Part shown: piece after piece, positions 50,001 through 62,228 of the stretch
Layout of the letters: each line of letters opens with the position of its first letter
Numbering within the stretch: the stretch's first letter is position 1
Notes under the pieces: model-generated
Database searches by the model: none
Told to the model about the DNA's origin: nothing
The model's input: only the letters and a program-made list of their open reading frames with translations
DNA from: Catajapyx aquilonaris
Lineage: Eukaryota
Reading direction: 5' to 3'
Length of the DNA: 62,228 bases
NCBI GenBank assembly: GCA_000934665.2
Contig: JYFJ02002161.1
Span: 1-62,228 of the forward strand
Translations under genes and position numbers: made by a program

Positions 50001-53000
50001 AATCCCACCCGATATGGTCACACGGCACAACCACTGTGTGATGTGGCCCAGCCAACACATTTGGGGATGCCATCTCTGTACCTTGGTCCTGTCCTTCCTT
50101 CCTGGCCACCACATTTCCAGTCCTCCTCCTCCTGGCGTACGAATGCACGGGCACAATCAGCTTTGGTCTGGGTATCGCGAAAGTGTCGCACCTGCTGGTG
50201 TCCTTCCCTTCCCTCCTGGCCCTCTCCCTCACCCTGCTCCCGAACCCTTCTTCGGACGACCCGTCCTCCTCGGACGTCCACTCTTCCTCCTCTTCCTCGT
50301 CCTCCGCCTCGTCCACCTGTCCCCATCCCCAACCGGCCTCATGGTGCACCATGGCCCTTCGCCCCCGCCACCATCCAGCCGCCGCCATGTCTGCCCATCG
50401 TCCTCCTTGCCCACGCTCAACTGACTGACTGACCTCCTCCAGGCTCCAGCTCGTGTCTTTCCCCCACTCGGAACTCCCGCCTCCTACACTTTCTCCTCCT
50501 GGCATGATGATGGGGATCTACCCACTCCCTTGCCAGCCACTCACCGGTGACCACCACGTCACTGCTGCTGCTGGTGGTAATAGTACCTGAGGTGCTGTGA
50601 TCAGCTGTCCCATATCGGGTCATTGCATTCCGGACACTTATAAGGAATGTGTTCCTACTGAAATGTCCTGGGAAAAGCTAACCGAATTTCAATAACTGAA
50701 CAGGAAGAACTGTTCAAAAAAATAAGCAGCTTAGCGAACATTTAGGTTAGAACACACTGTGTAGTTGGAGCAGACGTGACCGAGTCGTAATCAGCCGGGT
50801 ACGACGACATTCACAGGTGGTAGATTGGCAAAATGTGACTTGTAAATGGTCCAAGAGTGCATGGTAACAGCTCGGCCTTGCCTGGGGTGTGGGGTATAGT
50901 CGCACATCAGTTTCGGTACGTGTGTCGGGGTGCCCCCTTTTTTTTCTGTCTCAAGTATCTGCACGGCCTACTTATAGTCGCATTCTTCCGTATTGTTCCG
51001 GATAGTCATGTGGAGCATTCCTGTGAAGCGGTTTCTTGGAATGATACCTGTCAATGGTGCCAGTCACGGTTTTTCATAACATCAGTGCTAATTAGTGATA
51101 TACAGATGTAGAATTTTAGTAATGCATTGGAATCAAGGTGCTAGGTAGACCTTCAGGTTCATAACCTATACAGTACGATGATTTTATTTCTTTATTACGC
51201 CTTTCTATAGGGCAGTGGGCCCATGTAATGATACACATGTGCATGATTTTGATATCAACAATTTTTTAATACCTCCTAAATTATAAAAAATAACCTCGAT
51301 GAGTTAGAAAACCTTGAACCTAACCGAGGTTACCCATGACTTCATGCAGCAGGGAATTTTCCTAGCATCCTTGCACTAGAATTAACATTTTAATGATCAC
51401 CTCTAGAAGTGAGCAAAACCCCACACTTCACAGCATGTAAGACGCTCTGAAAAAACGGAGCAAAATCTGTCGCAATTCTTAGAAACATTATTTTTCCAAG
51501 AAAATTACAACAGTTTGTTTCCCTTTTCAAGACCATACTGCAATCATGCAAAAAATAAATTCCCTGCACCTCACAATGTCATACGTCACTCTATCGACGT
51601 CATCTCCTATAAAAGTCGGTGACCAAAAAAAGTTGAGAGCACAGTCATGTAGGTAAGAGTTCAGAGAGACTAAAAATGTGCGACGCTCAATCGAGTACAT
51701 CGAATCGCGATTCGGGCCACAACCCATACAGACATGTCCATGGCAGCCTTTCCTCAAAAGAATTCGGCCACTACAAGTCCTTTCAATCATCGAGAAAAGA
51801 AAAACTGCCCTCACGTCCTTCAAAAATGCACGATTGTTGCAATAGTTTTAAGAAACGTGAAGGTTAATCTGGCCTTACCGAGACAACGGCACTTGAGCAT
51901 TCAGAAAAAGCTTATCATTGGCAGATGAAGCAGAGCCTTTGTATAGCTATCGCCATAGAAAGAAAGTGACCGGATTGAAGTGCGACATACGACAACTGAG
52001 CGTACGTCAGTGTACCAATGTTTTTTCCTCGCCTTTGTCGTTTCGGTGTGAAACCTATATGAATCCTGCCTGTGAGTGCAGTTTGTAACTGGCGTGACAC
52101 AACTTTCTTCTCAAAGTCGTGACTTGTACGTGTCATATGCTCTGCTGATACATTCTCGTCATAGCCAACAGTTTCTAGCGGTCTAAGGATATATGATGCA
52201 GAGTCACCACATTGTACGCCTTTGTCGATTTCTGTAATTGCAGTGGCGACAATGTAAGCCTTGGGAAATTACTATCACGGAGAGAAAGATGCAGCCATGA
52301 ACCCTGGCCTTGTACTCCTGATCTTAGCCTTTCCTTATTCTCAAGTGTAACTCACTGTGCAGATTTTCAGCCAGTACAGCCATCAGCGTCTAGATCATTT
52401 TCATACAAGTGTGCTATTTTGATTACAAAATAATATCGTCCCTATTAGTGTACAGGACGCTGAATCTAGCAGCGGTTTTTTATTCTGCTTATTTTGAAAT
52501 GAAGGCCGCAATAGATTCAGCATCAACTGGATCACCCCTAGAAACATCTTAACGTTGACTTACTTCCTCAGTTTCAAAACATGGTAAAATAATTTCAAAT
52601 TCCCTTGGAAAACACTTGACTTTTCAGTAATGCTGATCATTACGGATACGACACCTCCGACACCTCCGTACAACCTGACTACAAGATGATGTACTGCTCA
52701 AGCTGATATGACGAAGAAGGGTGAGAAAAGTTCTCAAGGGTTCACTCCAGAAACCAATTTAAAGAGGTGGAAGAGTCACGACAAATGCACGTGGTCCTGA
52801 CTGTTGTAAAAAAACGGAAGCAATTCAGTCTGGTTGCTGAGGTAATCAATCCACAATTTCTTCTCCATACCCTCCCGTCGCCTATGTGAAGGATGTGCAC
52901 TGTCCACAGTTGAAGGAGAAGTTATGGATTGCTTATTCTAGAAACCTGTTTTTTTTTTTTTTTTGTTTTGTTTTTTAAAGCAGTCATCACGACAACCAAA

Positions 53001-56000
53001 CGTAGTCATGATTGTTACTTCCAACGGACTGATTCTCTTTAAACTGCTGGTTAATGGGGTAAACAACCCATTAACTTCAGCTTTTGAACTGAGGACTTGG
53101 GTAGGGCATTGCCCTCCAAATTAGCTAACTATAGCTGAGTACAGGCCCAGAAAACGTGTAAAATATGGCAGATATATCAATGACAATGCCTGACTCTGCC
53201 ATTGGGGGGTATCATTGTGCTACACTTGTCAGAACTAATGATAAAGTGTGAAAAAAACACTTCACATTGATAAAGTGGTCATGCCTGCACAGCCAGTACC
53301 TCGGGCACCTGATTACGATTACATGTGATTAAGCGCAACAATTTGCCCCAAGAGCACATTAAGACCTGTGTTCGTGTTTACACGACAATGTGCAGCTGAT
53401 TTCGTGACTAAACCCTCTCGATCTGACCCATCATATCTCACATCATTCTTAGAAAGTACAGCAGCCCCTATATGCACCGCTACCAAACATGCCAAACAAC
53501 GACACGACCTTCTAGATGTGCATATATGAGTGACACACATGCCCTCTCCCGTGGTGGACATTTCATGACAGCAAGTTCGGGGTTTCACAAGCCTTTGCGT
53601 GACTATCACTTTCATTAGAACAATTATCTGCCGGCGTCGGGTTTGCCACTCTTCCTTTGAGCCGCTGCACACACACACTTTCATTTCGCACATACGTGCC
53701 GAAAAAAATTATCCAGTAGCCGATTTCTACGCCACTAAACGGCCCATGTGTAGTGAAAACAGCTTCAGGAACCAGGCGAGAAATTGCGATCCATACCCGA
53801 GCAGGAAGAGGAACGGATAAGGGGCTAATTGACATAACTTTGGTGAATGGCAAGGCAAGTGAGCACATTAAATTGGCATACCTTTTCACAGATGTGCATC
53901 ATGGATTTTGGGGAGAAAACTGTGCCGGTATGTCGCAAGGTCTGTCTCGTCTGAGTAGCGATTTTGCACGTTTATTTCGCAGGATGTCACAGATCAATTC
54001 GTTAATTGTACCAATAACCGTGTTGCCAAGGCTCGTGAAATTTCTGAGCTCCACTTATTTATTTCTGGTATGAGACTATACACTGCTGTCATCCTCTGAC
54101 GCAATTTATAATTATCTAGCTCTACGCGGCATGAAAGTATGAAGCGCCTATATATGCTTGCACACACGGAAGGTGTTTCAACTTCAGTACCACAACAGCC
54201 TTGTATAGTATTGCATGATTTCATGGCACTATCTGCATCATATACTTTATTAATTTTCTTCTGGATGACGCAAATCGCAGTCCAACCCCGAGATAAAATT
54301 GTGCTTACATTGGGTTATTTAAACAAGAACTCCGTCATTTAAACCAAACTGCGCATGACACTTCAATAGTGGGCAAAATTACATGTTGACATGGTACTGG
54401 AACGTTGACTACTCCCATGAGCCACGACTACCTCATGTTGACGCAGTGGCTACCACATTGTTTGCTGTGTATGGCAGCGCGCCGTACACATTAACTATAT
54501 ACGCACCGGCGCTCAAAACTAATTGCACATCCCTATATATTAGTTTTGCGAGTACTATCAGTCTACCTGGCGATTGGGCGCGAGTTTCCCTTCACCCTGT
54601 ACACTAAATGAGAAAATATCTGATTATGTGTTGCGAATACCTGTCTAAAATCGAATGTTTTCCCTAGTTTGCTTTCATGATGACAAGTGACACATCATCA
54701 TCATCACTACCACCACCACCACCATCCAAATTCTGGGAAGGAAGATACGCCCAGTTTTATACTCAGAAGGTCCACAGTGCAAGCAGTTCCGAGTATTACA
54801 GTACCTTCACGCCACGATGCAGGGATTTTCTCAAGATCTCCCCATTGTGATTCACGGGTGACATTGGTTACATTGTCGATTACATTTACATGACGACTGC
54901 TCATGCACATGGAATTACGCAAATGCGGCCTTTTCGCTCATCAGCACAAGTTCTCGGGGTGATGGCTGAACCATATATACTCTTAATAAATATGCAGGAC
55001 TGACCTTCCATAACATACACGATGGACCCAACATCTCCTTCCTTGATGATGATGCTTCCTGCCTCGTAAGAAACCTCATACATACAGTCGACAATCTCTC
55101 GGATTTGTCCCATCTCCAGGTTCTTCATGAAGTCATTGTCCAGGATGGCCGATCGGATCAGTTCACGTGACCTGCCCAGGAAGCAAAACAAAATTAGACT
55201 TTCATATTCGCAACGGAAAACAAACGAGTTAGTTCGGGTAGCGGGGAAACAATGTGTAAATATCAAGCAGCAAACCATGACCTATGGCACACTCATGCCT
55301 TCACAGCATTGCCTTTTAATGGTTACAGGCGCTAAGGAAATAACGTCTCGGATCTACTGTAGGTTGCATCCATAAAAATAAGCGTTACTCCGAGTCAGTG
55401 TATGTTTTATGGCAGCGTATAAATTTTGGATATAGTAACAGAGTAATTCTTGCACAATAGGTGTATACTGTATACTGTACCTAATGTTCAAGAAGTACTG
55501 AAATGTTACAGCAAATAATAAGATACAATGGTGAGATTGCAAAGTCACTGTAATGTTGCATCGCCAACTTTTCTTTCAAACAGTATTTTACCAGCAATTT
55601 ATAAAAACTTGAATACCGGTTAATCCTCAGTCTGCATTATCCGAGAGTCTTGTATACCCCATCATATATTTTCCCATAAACATAGACAATAAACAATGGC
55701 ACCAAAATCCCTCAATAGAAAATCTTTTCCAGTCTATAAATTCACCACTTCCCTATCTCCAACATCACCCTCCCTGCGATTAAGTAATTCTTATGATACT
55801 AACAGTTTACAAACCACTGAATTTCAACAATGTGAATTTCTTCAATTCACAAACTTCAATTGCTACGGAGTGTTACTTCAGGTAGCTCATGAAAAATAGC
55901 TGCTGGATTATCGACTTGATTGGACAAGCCTCGTACTCTTAATCACAAAATCAACGTGTAATATCCGTCCGTGACTCTCTTACTGAAGATTCTTTGGTTC

Positions 56001-56267
56001 GGCTTGAATCCTGAGCCGCTCGATGGCGTCCCTCAGATCCGTATATGCCGAAGCCTGAGCCGACGGCTCTGCGGAGATGGCCTGTCTCTTGGTTCGTCTT
56101 CTGGCCAGTTGCTGCGTCAAGGGTCCCACCACCTGCCGGAACTTATCCAGCTCATTCCTCAGCCTGGATATGGCCGCATCTCTGTCCGCTAACTGTGCCT
56201 TTAGGGACGCCTCAGACGCTTCTCGTGCTCGGAGCTCCTCGCGAAGACGACGGACTTCGGCTTCCAT
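38016..56267 (-). CDS. for: cGMP-dependent protein kinase (PKG, foraging/PRKG1 class); exons 56267-55984, 55171-55005, 42439-42220, 41742-41302, 40286-39942, 38718-38317, 38244-38016; 695 aa
   Basis: Leucine zipper ending [11 protein letters not shown], autoinhibitory [15 protein letters not shown] ([15 protein letters not shown]), CNB-B ([15 protein letters not shown]), kinase ([37 protein letters not shown]) and C-tail [10 protein letters not shown]. All introns are GT-AG and in phase (2088 nt). An acceptor at 56280/56279 shows that upstream exon(s) exist, so the N-terminus could be longer. Confidence 0.96.
45838..45864. repeat. Poly-C tract containing NN (assembly ambiguity)
   Basis: C run with two N bases seen directly. 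Confidence 0.9.
49674..49909. mobile_element. Degenerate CAGGG-terminated MITE
   Basis: CAGGGTCTATTTAGT versus ACTAGACAGGCCCTG (reverse complement CAGGGCCTGTCTAGT, 3 mismatches in 15). No TSD resolved. Confidence 0.4.
50082..50505 (-). CDS. for: Probable alternative first coding exon of PKG (splices to exon 42439-42220; isoform about 686 aa)
   Basis: GC-rich ORF from ATG 50505 with an acidic tract and a [21 protein letters not shown] block. Donor CAAG|GTACAG at 50082/50081 is phase 1 (424 nt), which matches the phase-1 acceptor at 42439. Confidence 0.7.
54692..54725. repeat. (CAT)n/(CAC)n trinucleotide repeat
   Basis: Seen directly; intronic. Confidence 0.8.
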
Positions 56268-58125
56268 TCTTCCCACCACCTAAGCTATTAGCATTGCTTT
56301 TCACTGGACTTGCTATTCTCCTATGTTAGCAAATCTACAAGTGCCTTGTCTTAAAAATTGACGATGTCAACACTTCATTAATTCCGGGATGATACCTCTT
56401 TAATTGTCTTTGATACTTGAAAATGGTGTAACTTTTGTCATTGGCTGTGTTTGATGTTCGTACCAGCAAATCTACTTGCCTCTTCCAAAATACCTCTACC
56501 TTAATAATTACCTTGATAATTACAATTCGCAGTCAGGTGTGAACGCATAAGAAACCACGTGCTACATCTATCGGGTTGGAGCTCAACCAATAAATGCCTC
56601 TAGCGCGATTTTCTTTCGACTAGCTGTTGCAATCAGACTGCACCTACCCCTATAAAACTCGCAATTATCAATAAATCACCAGTGAAATGTCCAAGACAGA
56701 ACAAGTAGACCCCCATCTACTGAATTCGTTGCAAAATGTGCAAGAAAGTTTATTTCTGTGAACTAGCAAAATATGGAATTATGATCACGTAAATCTGTGA
56801 TTTTTAACAACTTCTGATACTCGACACGCCGTACAATTCACGCTTTCATGGTAACAGACACGTAGACGCGCGCAAAGCCGGCATTTTTTTTAAACTCGCA
56901 AAACCGTCAACTCTTCAACACAAAAGATGAAGGCCTGGAGCCTCACCTGGCTGAAAGGAAGAAAACCAGTTCTAAGACGCACCCCCGCAACATGCCACTC
57001 AGCTAAATTAAGATGCCCTGACACGACGTGAAAAGGTCGCTGGATTTGACTTTTGGATCAGGTACACAGGAACTTTATATAGCAAACGAAGAGATCCTGA
57101 TTTGGCGCTTCTTAAATATGCATGAGGCATTGCTGATTTCAGGGGGCACCTTTCAAGTCACGCCTCCTGCGAATCACGACTCATATGTGGATGAAAAATG
57201 TTTCCCTAAAGTGAAGCTCGCCACATATGAAACAGTCGTGAGGCATACTTTCAGGGCGTTCCAGCATGGGGTCCCATCGACGTTACTACCAAATAAGGGT
57301 ATGTAATACATGCATCTAGTTTGAATTTTAAAAACAGGCCCACCAAAAAAAAAAAAAATACCTCCTCTTCAAACATAGCCGGCACTGACATCACACCGAT
57401 ATACGATGGATTATGTGATCCTAATCTTTGGCAACTGCATTACTTTGCTTGGAAAGTGACACCTGCACGTGACGTAATGAGACCTGAAACCGTACCCACC
57501 TCACATGAATTATTATGCGCGGTATGCATCCGCCTTGATAGCACCTGACAAACTCGATTTTAGCCGCAGATAAACCCTTCCCAACTTTCTTGGCCAAGTC
57601 TGAGGCCTGGGCCACCTAGACGTCCGGGACCTGTAATTGATGGTTGCATAGGCAGATTTGAAGAACGGGTCATTTACAGCGGCTTGGGAACACCCCCGCG
57701 GCTCCTATCTACATGAGCACATATTACACTGTACCGGTTCGTCGACGGTGTGTAATCAAGATCTCTTTTCTCACCCTCCAGGGGGAAATGCAGTAGTCCA
57801 TTAAATTGCGGTACTTGTGGACACACATACACCAAATCAGTGTGTCACGTCAATATCAGTTGCAGTTATTCAGCACTTCATTTGTTCACAAATGGAAGTT
57901 GTCTTATTGTACTGATGTGGTTACTGTCTGCCAATAAGATCAAAAAGCACAGGGTGAGGCAAAAGTTTCTTATAATCCGTCTCATTGCACTCTGACACAT
58001 CGGTTCGGGATGTGTTTGTGACCTTTCGTTTCGTGAGTTTCCACTAATTAGCTCTTCATATCATGCAACAATGTGAATCTCTAAGAGGGAGCCTCAACGC
58101 GTAATGAGCAGCACATTATCTCTTA

Positions 58126-58250
58126 GGGCCGGTTGCGTGATACATGGTAAACCCGGTAATTAATTAGTAGCAATTAAACTAGGAAGTAATTCATAATAAC
58201 ACGGGATCAACAACTTGTTCGACGTTTACTACCGATCCCGCAACTGGCCC
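58126..58250. mobile_element. Small Harbinger-like MITE
   Basis: TTA|GGGCCGGTTGCG ... CGCAACTGGCCC|TTG; 12-bp TIR with 1 mismatch. Confidence 0.5.
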
Positions 58251-60521
58251 TTGCATCACGTACTGTACAGTACATGACCTGTACCTTGAATGTGCCCCGC
58301 TATCTCATATACATTAGACATTACATATAGCCATGTAGGATGTAGCCGACTTGTGTTGATAACTCGAGTCAAATCGTTTTCTATTTTTGTTTTACGCTAA
58401 GCAGCAATCTTGAAAGCAGATCCTCTCAGCTTTCCAGATGGACTATTAGTACCAGCCATATAATGCTCCAGACAAGAGAGGAAATGCCCCATATTCCACG
58501 TTTTCCTGGTTAAAACTACATGTTGGTAAGCCCAACACACTTGCGTCCTGTCATTTTTAAAATAAAAAAGTTATGGAGAAATCACGTACTGACAAGTTTG
58601 TAGGAGAAGTCGTATAAAGTACGAGCAAGGGAAGCTAGATTATTCCGGATATCACGTTGGCCTTTGCGATATCAGGTCATTGATCACATTGCGTAACGCA
58701 CAGGTAATTCATTATTTCATCTCCCACAAAGAATTACGCCTTGGTGTTTAACATAGCAATCATTATTATGCTAAACACGATGTATCACGGTGTCAGCTGT
58801 CCTGGTGTGACCTTCGAACCTGCCAGAGGTCATCCTAATGAAAGATGAATGATGGGTGGGTTTTCCCGTTCCAAAAAAAATCCGTCTCTGTCGCACACAC
58901 AAGAACAGTTACGAAACATTCCAATAACAAATCATGGTCATGTCGAGTAAACATACGTAATCGAAGAATCATTAGACACAACTCTTCGCGAGATATAAAC
59001 GCCAATACGGAATTACCTAACAGGGCATGACTGACCCTATTTGCAGGAAAGCAATAACTTCATAAATTGTCATTTGGAATGGGATATCATAAATTAATCA
59101 GCACCTGTCCTGTCCAAGGAAGACTAACTCACCCTGAGATCTAAACTCTCTATTAATAGCATGTCACTGGACCTGCACTGTGTGCTATGGTTGAAATCAG
59201 AGTGAGACTGGTCAAAGAAACTTAGACCTCATCAGTATGACACAAGTTTCTCCGTCACATTATCATCTTGAAAGCTCTCTCTCGTTAGAGCATCAATTTG
59301 CAAGCCCTTACCTATATTGTCGGGAATAATATCCTACGTCGATCAGCACCACTCGTATGTTTGTATATGCATCCCCATTTATCTTCATGGAGGCCCTGGC
59401 ACCTCTTCTCGTTGACGTACTCCCCACTACGTCAACAAGGCCCGTATACCTCTACCTCGCACATAAAAGGTCACCGACGTCTGCACCGACAAAGGGAACT
59501 CGAATAGATGCATGGATTGCTATTGATATAGCCTATACTCAATACAATATCTGACCACCATGTACGGGCCCAGACTGATAGCAACAACTGGCAAACTAAC
59601 GGCTACTTTCATCCGGTATTTATTGACATTACTGCTGTGATTTGCTGACAAGAGATTATTCTAGTCCACGAGAGAAACCTTGGTCCGATACCTCCGTAAT
59701 CATTTTGGTGTTACGAAAATTCTCTCATATTCAACTCCACTGCACAAGTCACTTTACAGTCTCTGAGTTAAATGTAAGGGATCTAGCCAGTCCTACGATT
59801 ACTTATAATTATGAGTAACCATTTTCCATACGGCTGCTCATAATTATGTAATTGCAATGATGTTACATGATTACACAAAATCCTCGGTAAAATATTTCTC
59901 TTTACTATTCAAGTGACTACTATACAGTAAAGCTATATACAAAGTATTCGTGTGAGTGGTGTTAGAGTGAAGCTTGCCATCTTTCCAGCACCACTTACAC
60001 CGGAGATAATAAATGTTGGCCCCCTGCTGATGATCAGCGTGCCAAATCTGCATACAGGTCGTTATGTACCCACACATATGCGGTCCCACCAGATGGTACG
60101 ATTGAAATACAAGCTACGCAATCAGTGTGAACTGTCTGCAGGTTTGGGGGCGGTAGACCACCCTGTGATGCACCTAATAACAGGTCCTCTAACCATTCCA
60201 GTTACATGATTTGCTGGAGCTTATCACAATCGACATCAAAAAACAGCCAACAACTGCATCAAAGTGGCACCGTCAAGCACTAGAAATGAATACCAAAACG
60301 TAAAAATGCATGCCCATTATCTCCTCGTCATATTATACCACCCAAGATTTCACTGCAGCGTTTAACACGTTTTAACGTCCATATTATCATTTTGTGTCGT
60401 GTTGACAACGCCTTTCCATGACCCTTTAATATCACAATGAGGACTTTCGCAATCCCGTAATCTTTTTAGAAAGAAAATGTTCGAGTGCTCTAAGTGCTCG
60501 CAAAAACAACAACATTCTTAC

Positions 60522-60960
60522 CTCTCTTCGCGTGTCAACTTCTCCGAAACGCTTTCGATTACCTGTATTTTGGGGGATTGTCTACACTCAATCGTCACAC
60601 AATATTCGACAAAAATTTGGACACACCGCAAACATTAGTATCTTACGATCACACGTGTTATATTGGCACTTAATCAGTCGACTGGAATTGAATTTGGCAC
60701 TTATTCCACCAGATTTTTTTTGGGCACAAATTACACTGATCCTTATCGTATAAATCACACGCTATTTCAGCACCTCATTACGGTAATGGCACAGTTTGGC
60801 ACGGACTTATTCGCACTACACAAAACGCTCAAAAAACTGTCAACGCTACTGTTTTGTACCGTCACTACACCCCACCCCCCAAAAAAACATTTGAAAAAAA
60901 ATTTTGCGCAGTTTTGACTATCTGACGTGAGCGGATGTCCCTACGGATGACCCCACTGAT
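60522..60960 (-). promoter_or_regulatory. Candidate upstream promoter / non-coding first exon of PKG
   Basis: Inr-like ATCAGT on the minus strand at about 60955-60960, CRE-like TGACGTGA at 60923-60930, and strong donor GAG|GTAAGA at 60522/60521. The link to PKG is inferred from orientation only. Confidence 0.35.
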
Positions 60961-61734
60961 TCGACTGCCCTTAACTATACCCTGCCACTGTCTGGGCCTC
61001 GGCAAATGTGTGCGCCGGATTGGGGGTAAAGTGGAAGGGGTAGTGTGGGGGGCATACGTGGAGCTTGGGGAGGAGGGGGGGGGGGCGATGAAGAAAAAGG
61101 GGGTCGCTCTATGTTACCCTCTCCATCCCCCATTGGACGCAACTAAAAAAAAAGAGCAATGGAAAAAAAAACAAGCAGACCAGCAGGCCTGACAGCCTGA
61201 TTAAAAGCACACCATGCTGCCTATTCTCTTTTTTTCTTTTTCTTAACGCTAACTACTTTACCGGTAAGCTTCGACATGACCTCTCTTTCTCCTTTCGTTT
61301 TATGAACACCCACTTGAATGTACGCCGGTTCCGATTTCGTTGGCACGTGTGTTCAGTTATGTTTGTTTTTACACTTGTTGCAGTATCCCCTTCCTCTTTC
61401 TTCATAGTATTTAAATTAGACACATTTCCATGAACAAAATGATGAAATATCTCACCACAAGCCTGTTAAACAGGGCTTGTGGTGTGTGTACCTTCGGTGC
61501 ACGCGGGAAGGGTACCCGTAGCGAGCAGTAACTGTACAGGAGCGCTACCTAGCAGCGTGTGGAGCAGCCTCTAGCGGAAGGTGGTGGAAGGTGAGTTGGG
61601 AAGGGTGGCTAAGCAGGGAGGTGGCGCAGCCAGTGGGCAGAGAGATAACTTCCAGCGCAAACAAACATCGTGGACAGTATTAGGTGAAATATTATTGAAG
61701 ATGACGATAATATTAATAATAATAGTAGTAGTAA

Positions 61735-61928
61735 TAATATAAATATTTTCAGTATTAATATAATTAAATCTTTAGTATTAATATTATTAAATATTTTCAG
61801 TATTAACATAATTAAATCTTTAGTATTAATATTATTAAATATTTTCAGTATTAACATAATTAAATCTTTAGTATTAATATTATTAAATATTTTCAGTATT
61901 AATATTATTAAATATTTTCAGTATTAAT
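61735..61928. repeat. AT-rich 48-bp minisatellite (about 3.5 copies plus a partial copy)
   Basis: AAATATTTTCAGTATT recurs at 61741, 61789, 61837 and 61885 (48-bp period), then at 61910. Confidence 0.9.
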
Positions 61929-61934
61929 TATATA

Positions 61935-62228
61935 CAGGGTGTTTATTGTAACTCTGCAAAGACTTTCAGGGGTATTAGAGGGGACCAAGACAAATATTTT
62001 TGACATAGGAACCCGTGTCCGGAAACGCCATCTAGAGGGGGTTCATAGACAAGGAACGGGTGCGCTCAGAGTCCTCAGACGCGTCACGTGGGAGGCGCTA
62101 GGCGAGCGGACTGTTTTGTTGATAGATGGCGCACAGTTGTTGCCAGGTTATGGTGTATCGCGTCGTTGTAAGCAAACAGCAACGCGATACGCCATAACCT
62201 GGCAACAACAGAACCGCTGTTGGCTATC
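61935..62228. mobile_element. Left end of a Tc1/mariner-type non-autonomous element (runs off the window), containing a 28-bp-arm hairpin
   Basis: TA|CAGGGTGTTT start typical of arthropod mariner-like MITEs. Inverted repeat GTTGTTGCCAGGTTATGGTGTATCGCGT (62136-62163) / ACGCGATACGCCATAACCTGGCAACAAC (62182-62209). Confidence 0.6.

Noticed and set aside
49923..50432. Plus-strand Pro/Ser-rich ORFs (169 aa, 136 aa)
   Set aside because: Antisense shadows of the GC-rich PKG alternative exon.

Overview
AT-rich eukaryotic genomic DNA, probably arthropod (inferred from lark/tkv/foraging-type proteins and Mariner/pogo/Harbinger-type MITEs). It holds six intron-containing protein-coding genes reconstructed by hand from ORFs, splice signals and phase compatibility: a partial SH2D4-like gene (-, runs off the left edge), FBXL15/jetlag-like (+), a transmembrane-less synaptotagmin-17-like tandem-C2 gene (-), lark/RBM4 (-), a thickveins/BMPR1-type receptor kinase (-) and foraging/PKG (-) with an internal alternative first exon. 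Introns and spacers carry tRNA-derived SINEs, many MITEs and short tandem repeats. Most notable points: (1) a symmetric lark exon whose skipping would build one chimeric RRM, preceded by a 151-nt AG-free, YCAY-dense 3' splice region; (2) an HRD->SRD change in the tkv kinase; (3) a PKG isoform lacking the leucine zipper; (4) a GC-AG intron in FBXL15; (5) three Drosophila clock/behaviour homologues within about 50 kb; (6) a visible CpG-depletion boundary near 43.7 kb. No database search was run, so all homology calls come from recalled family motifs.
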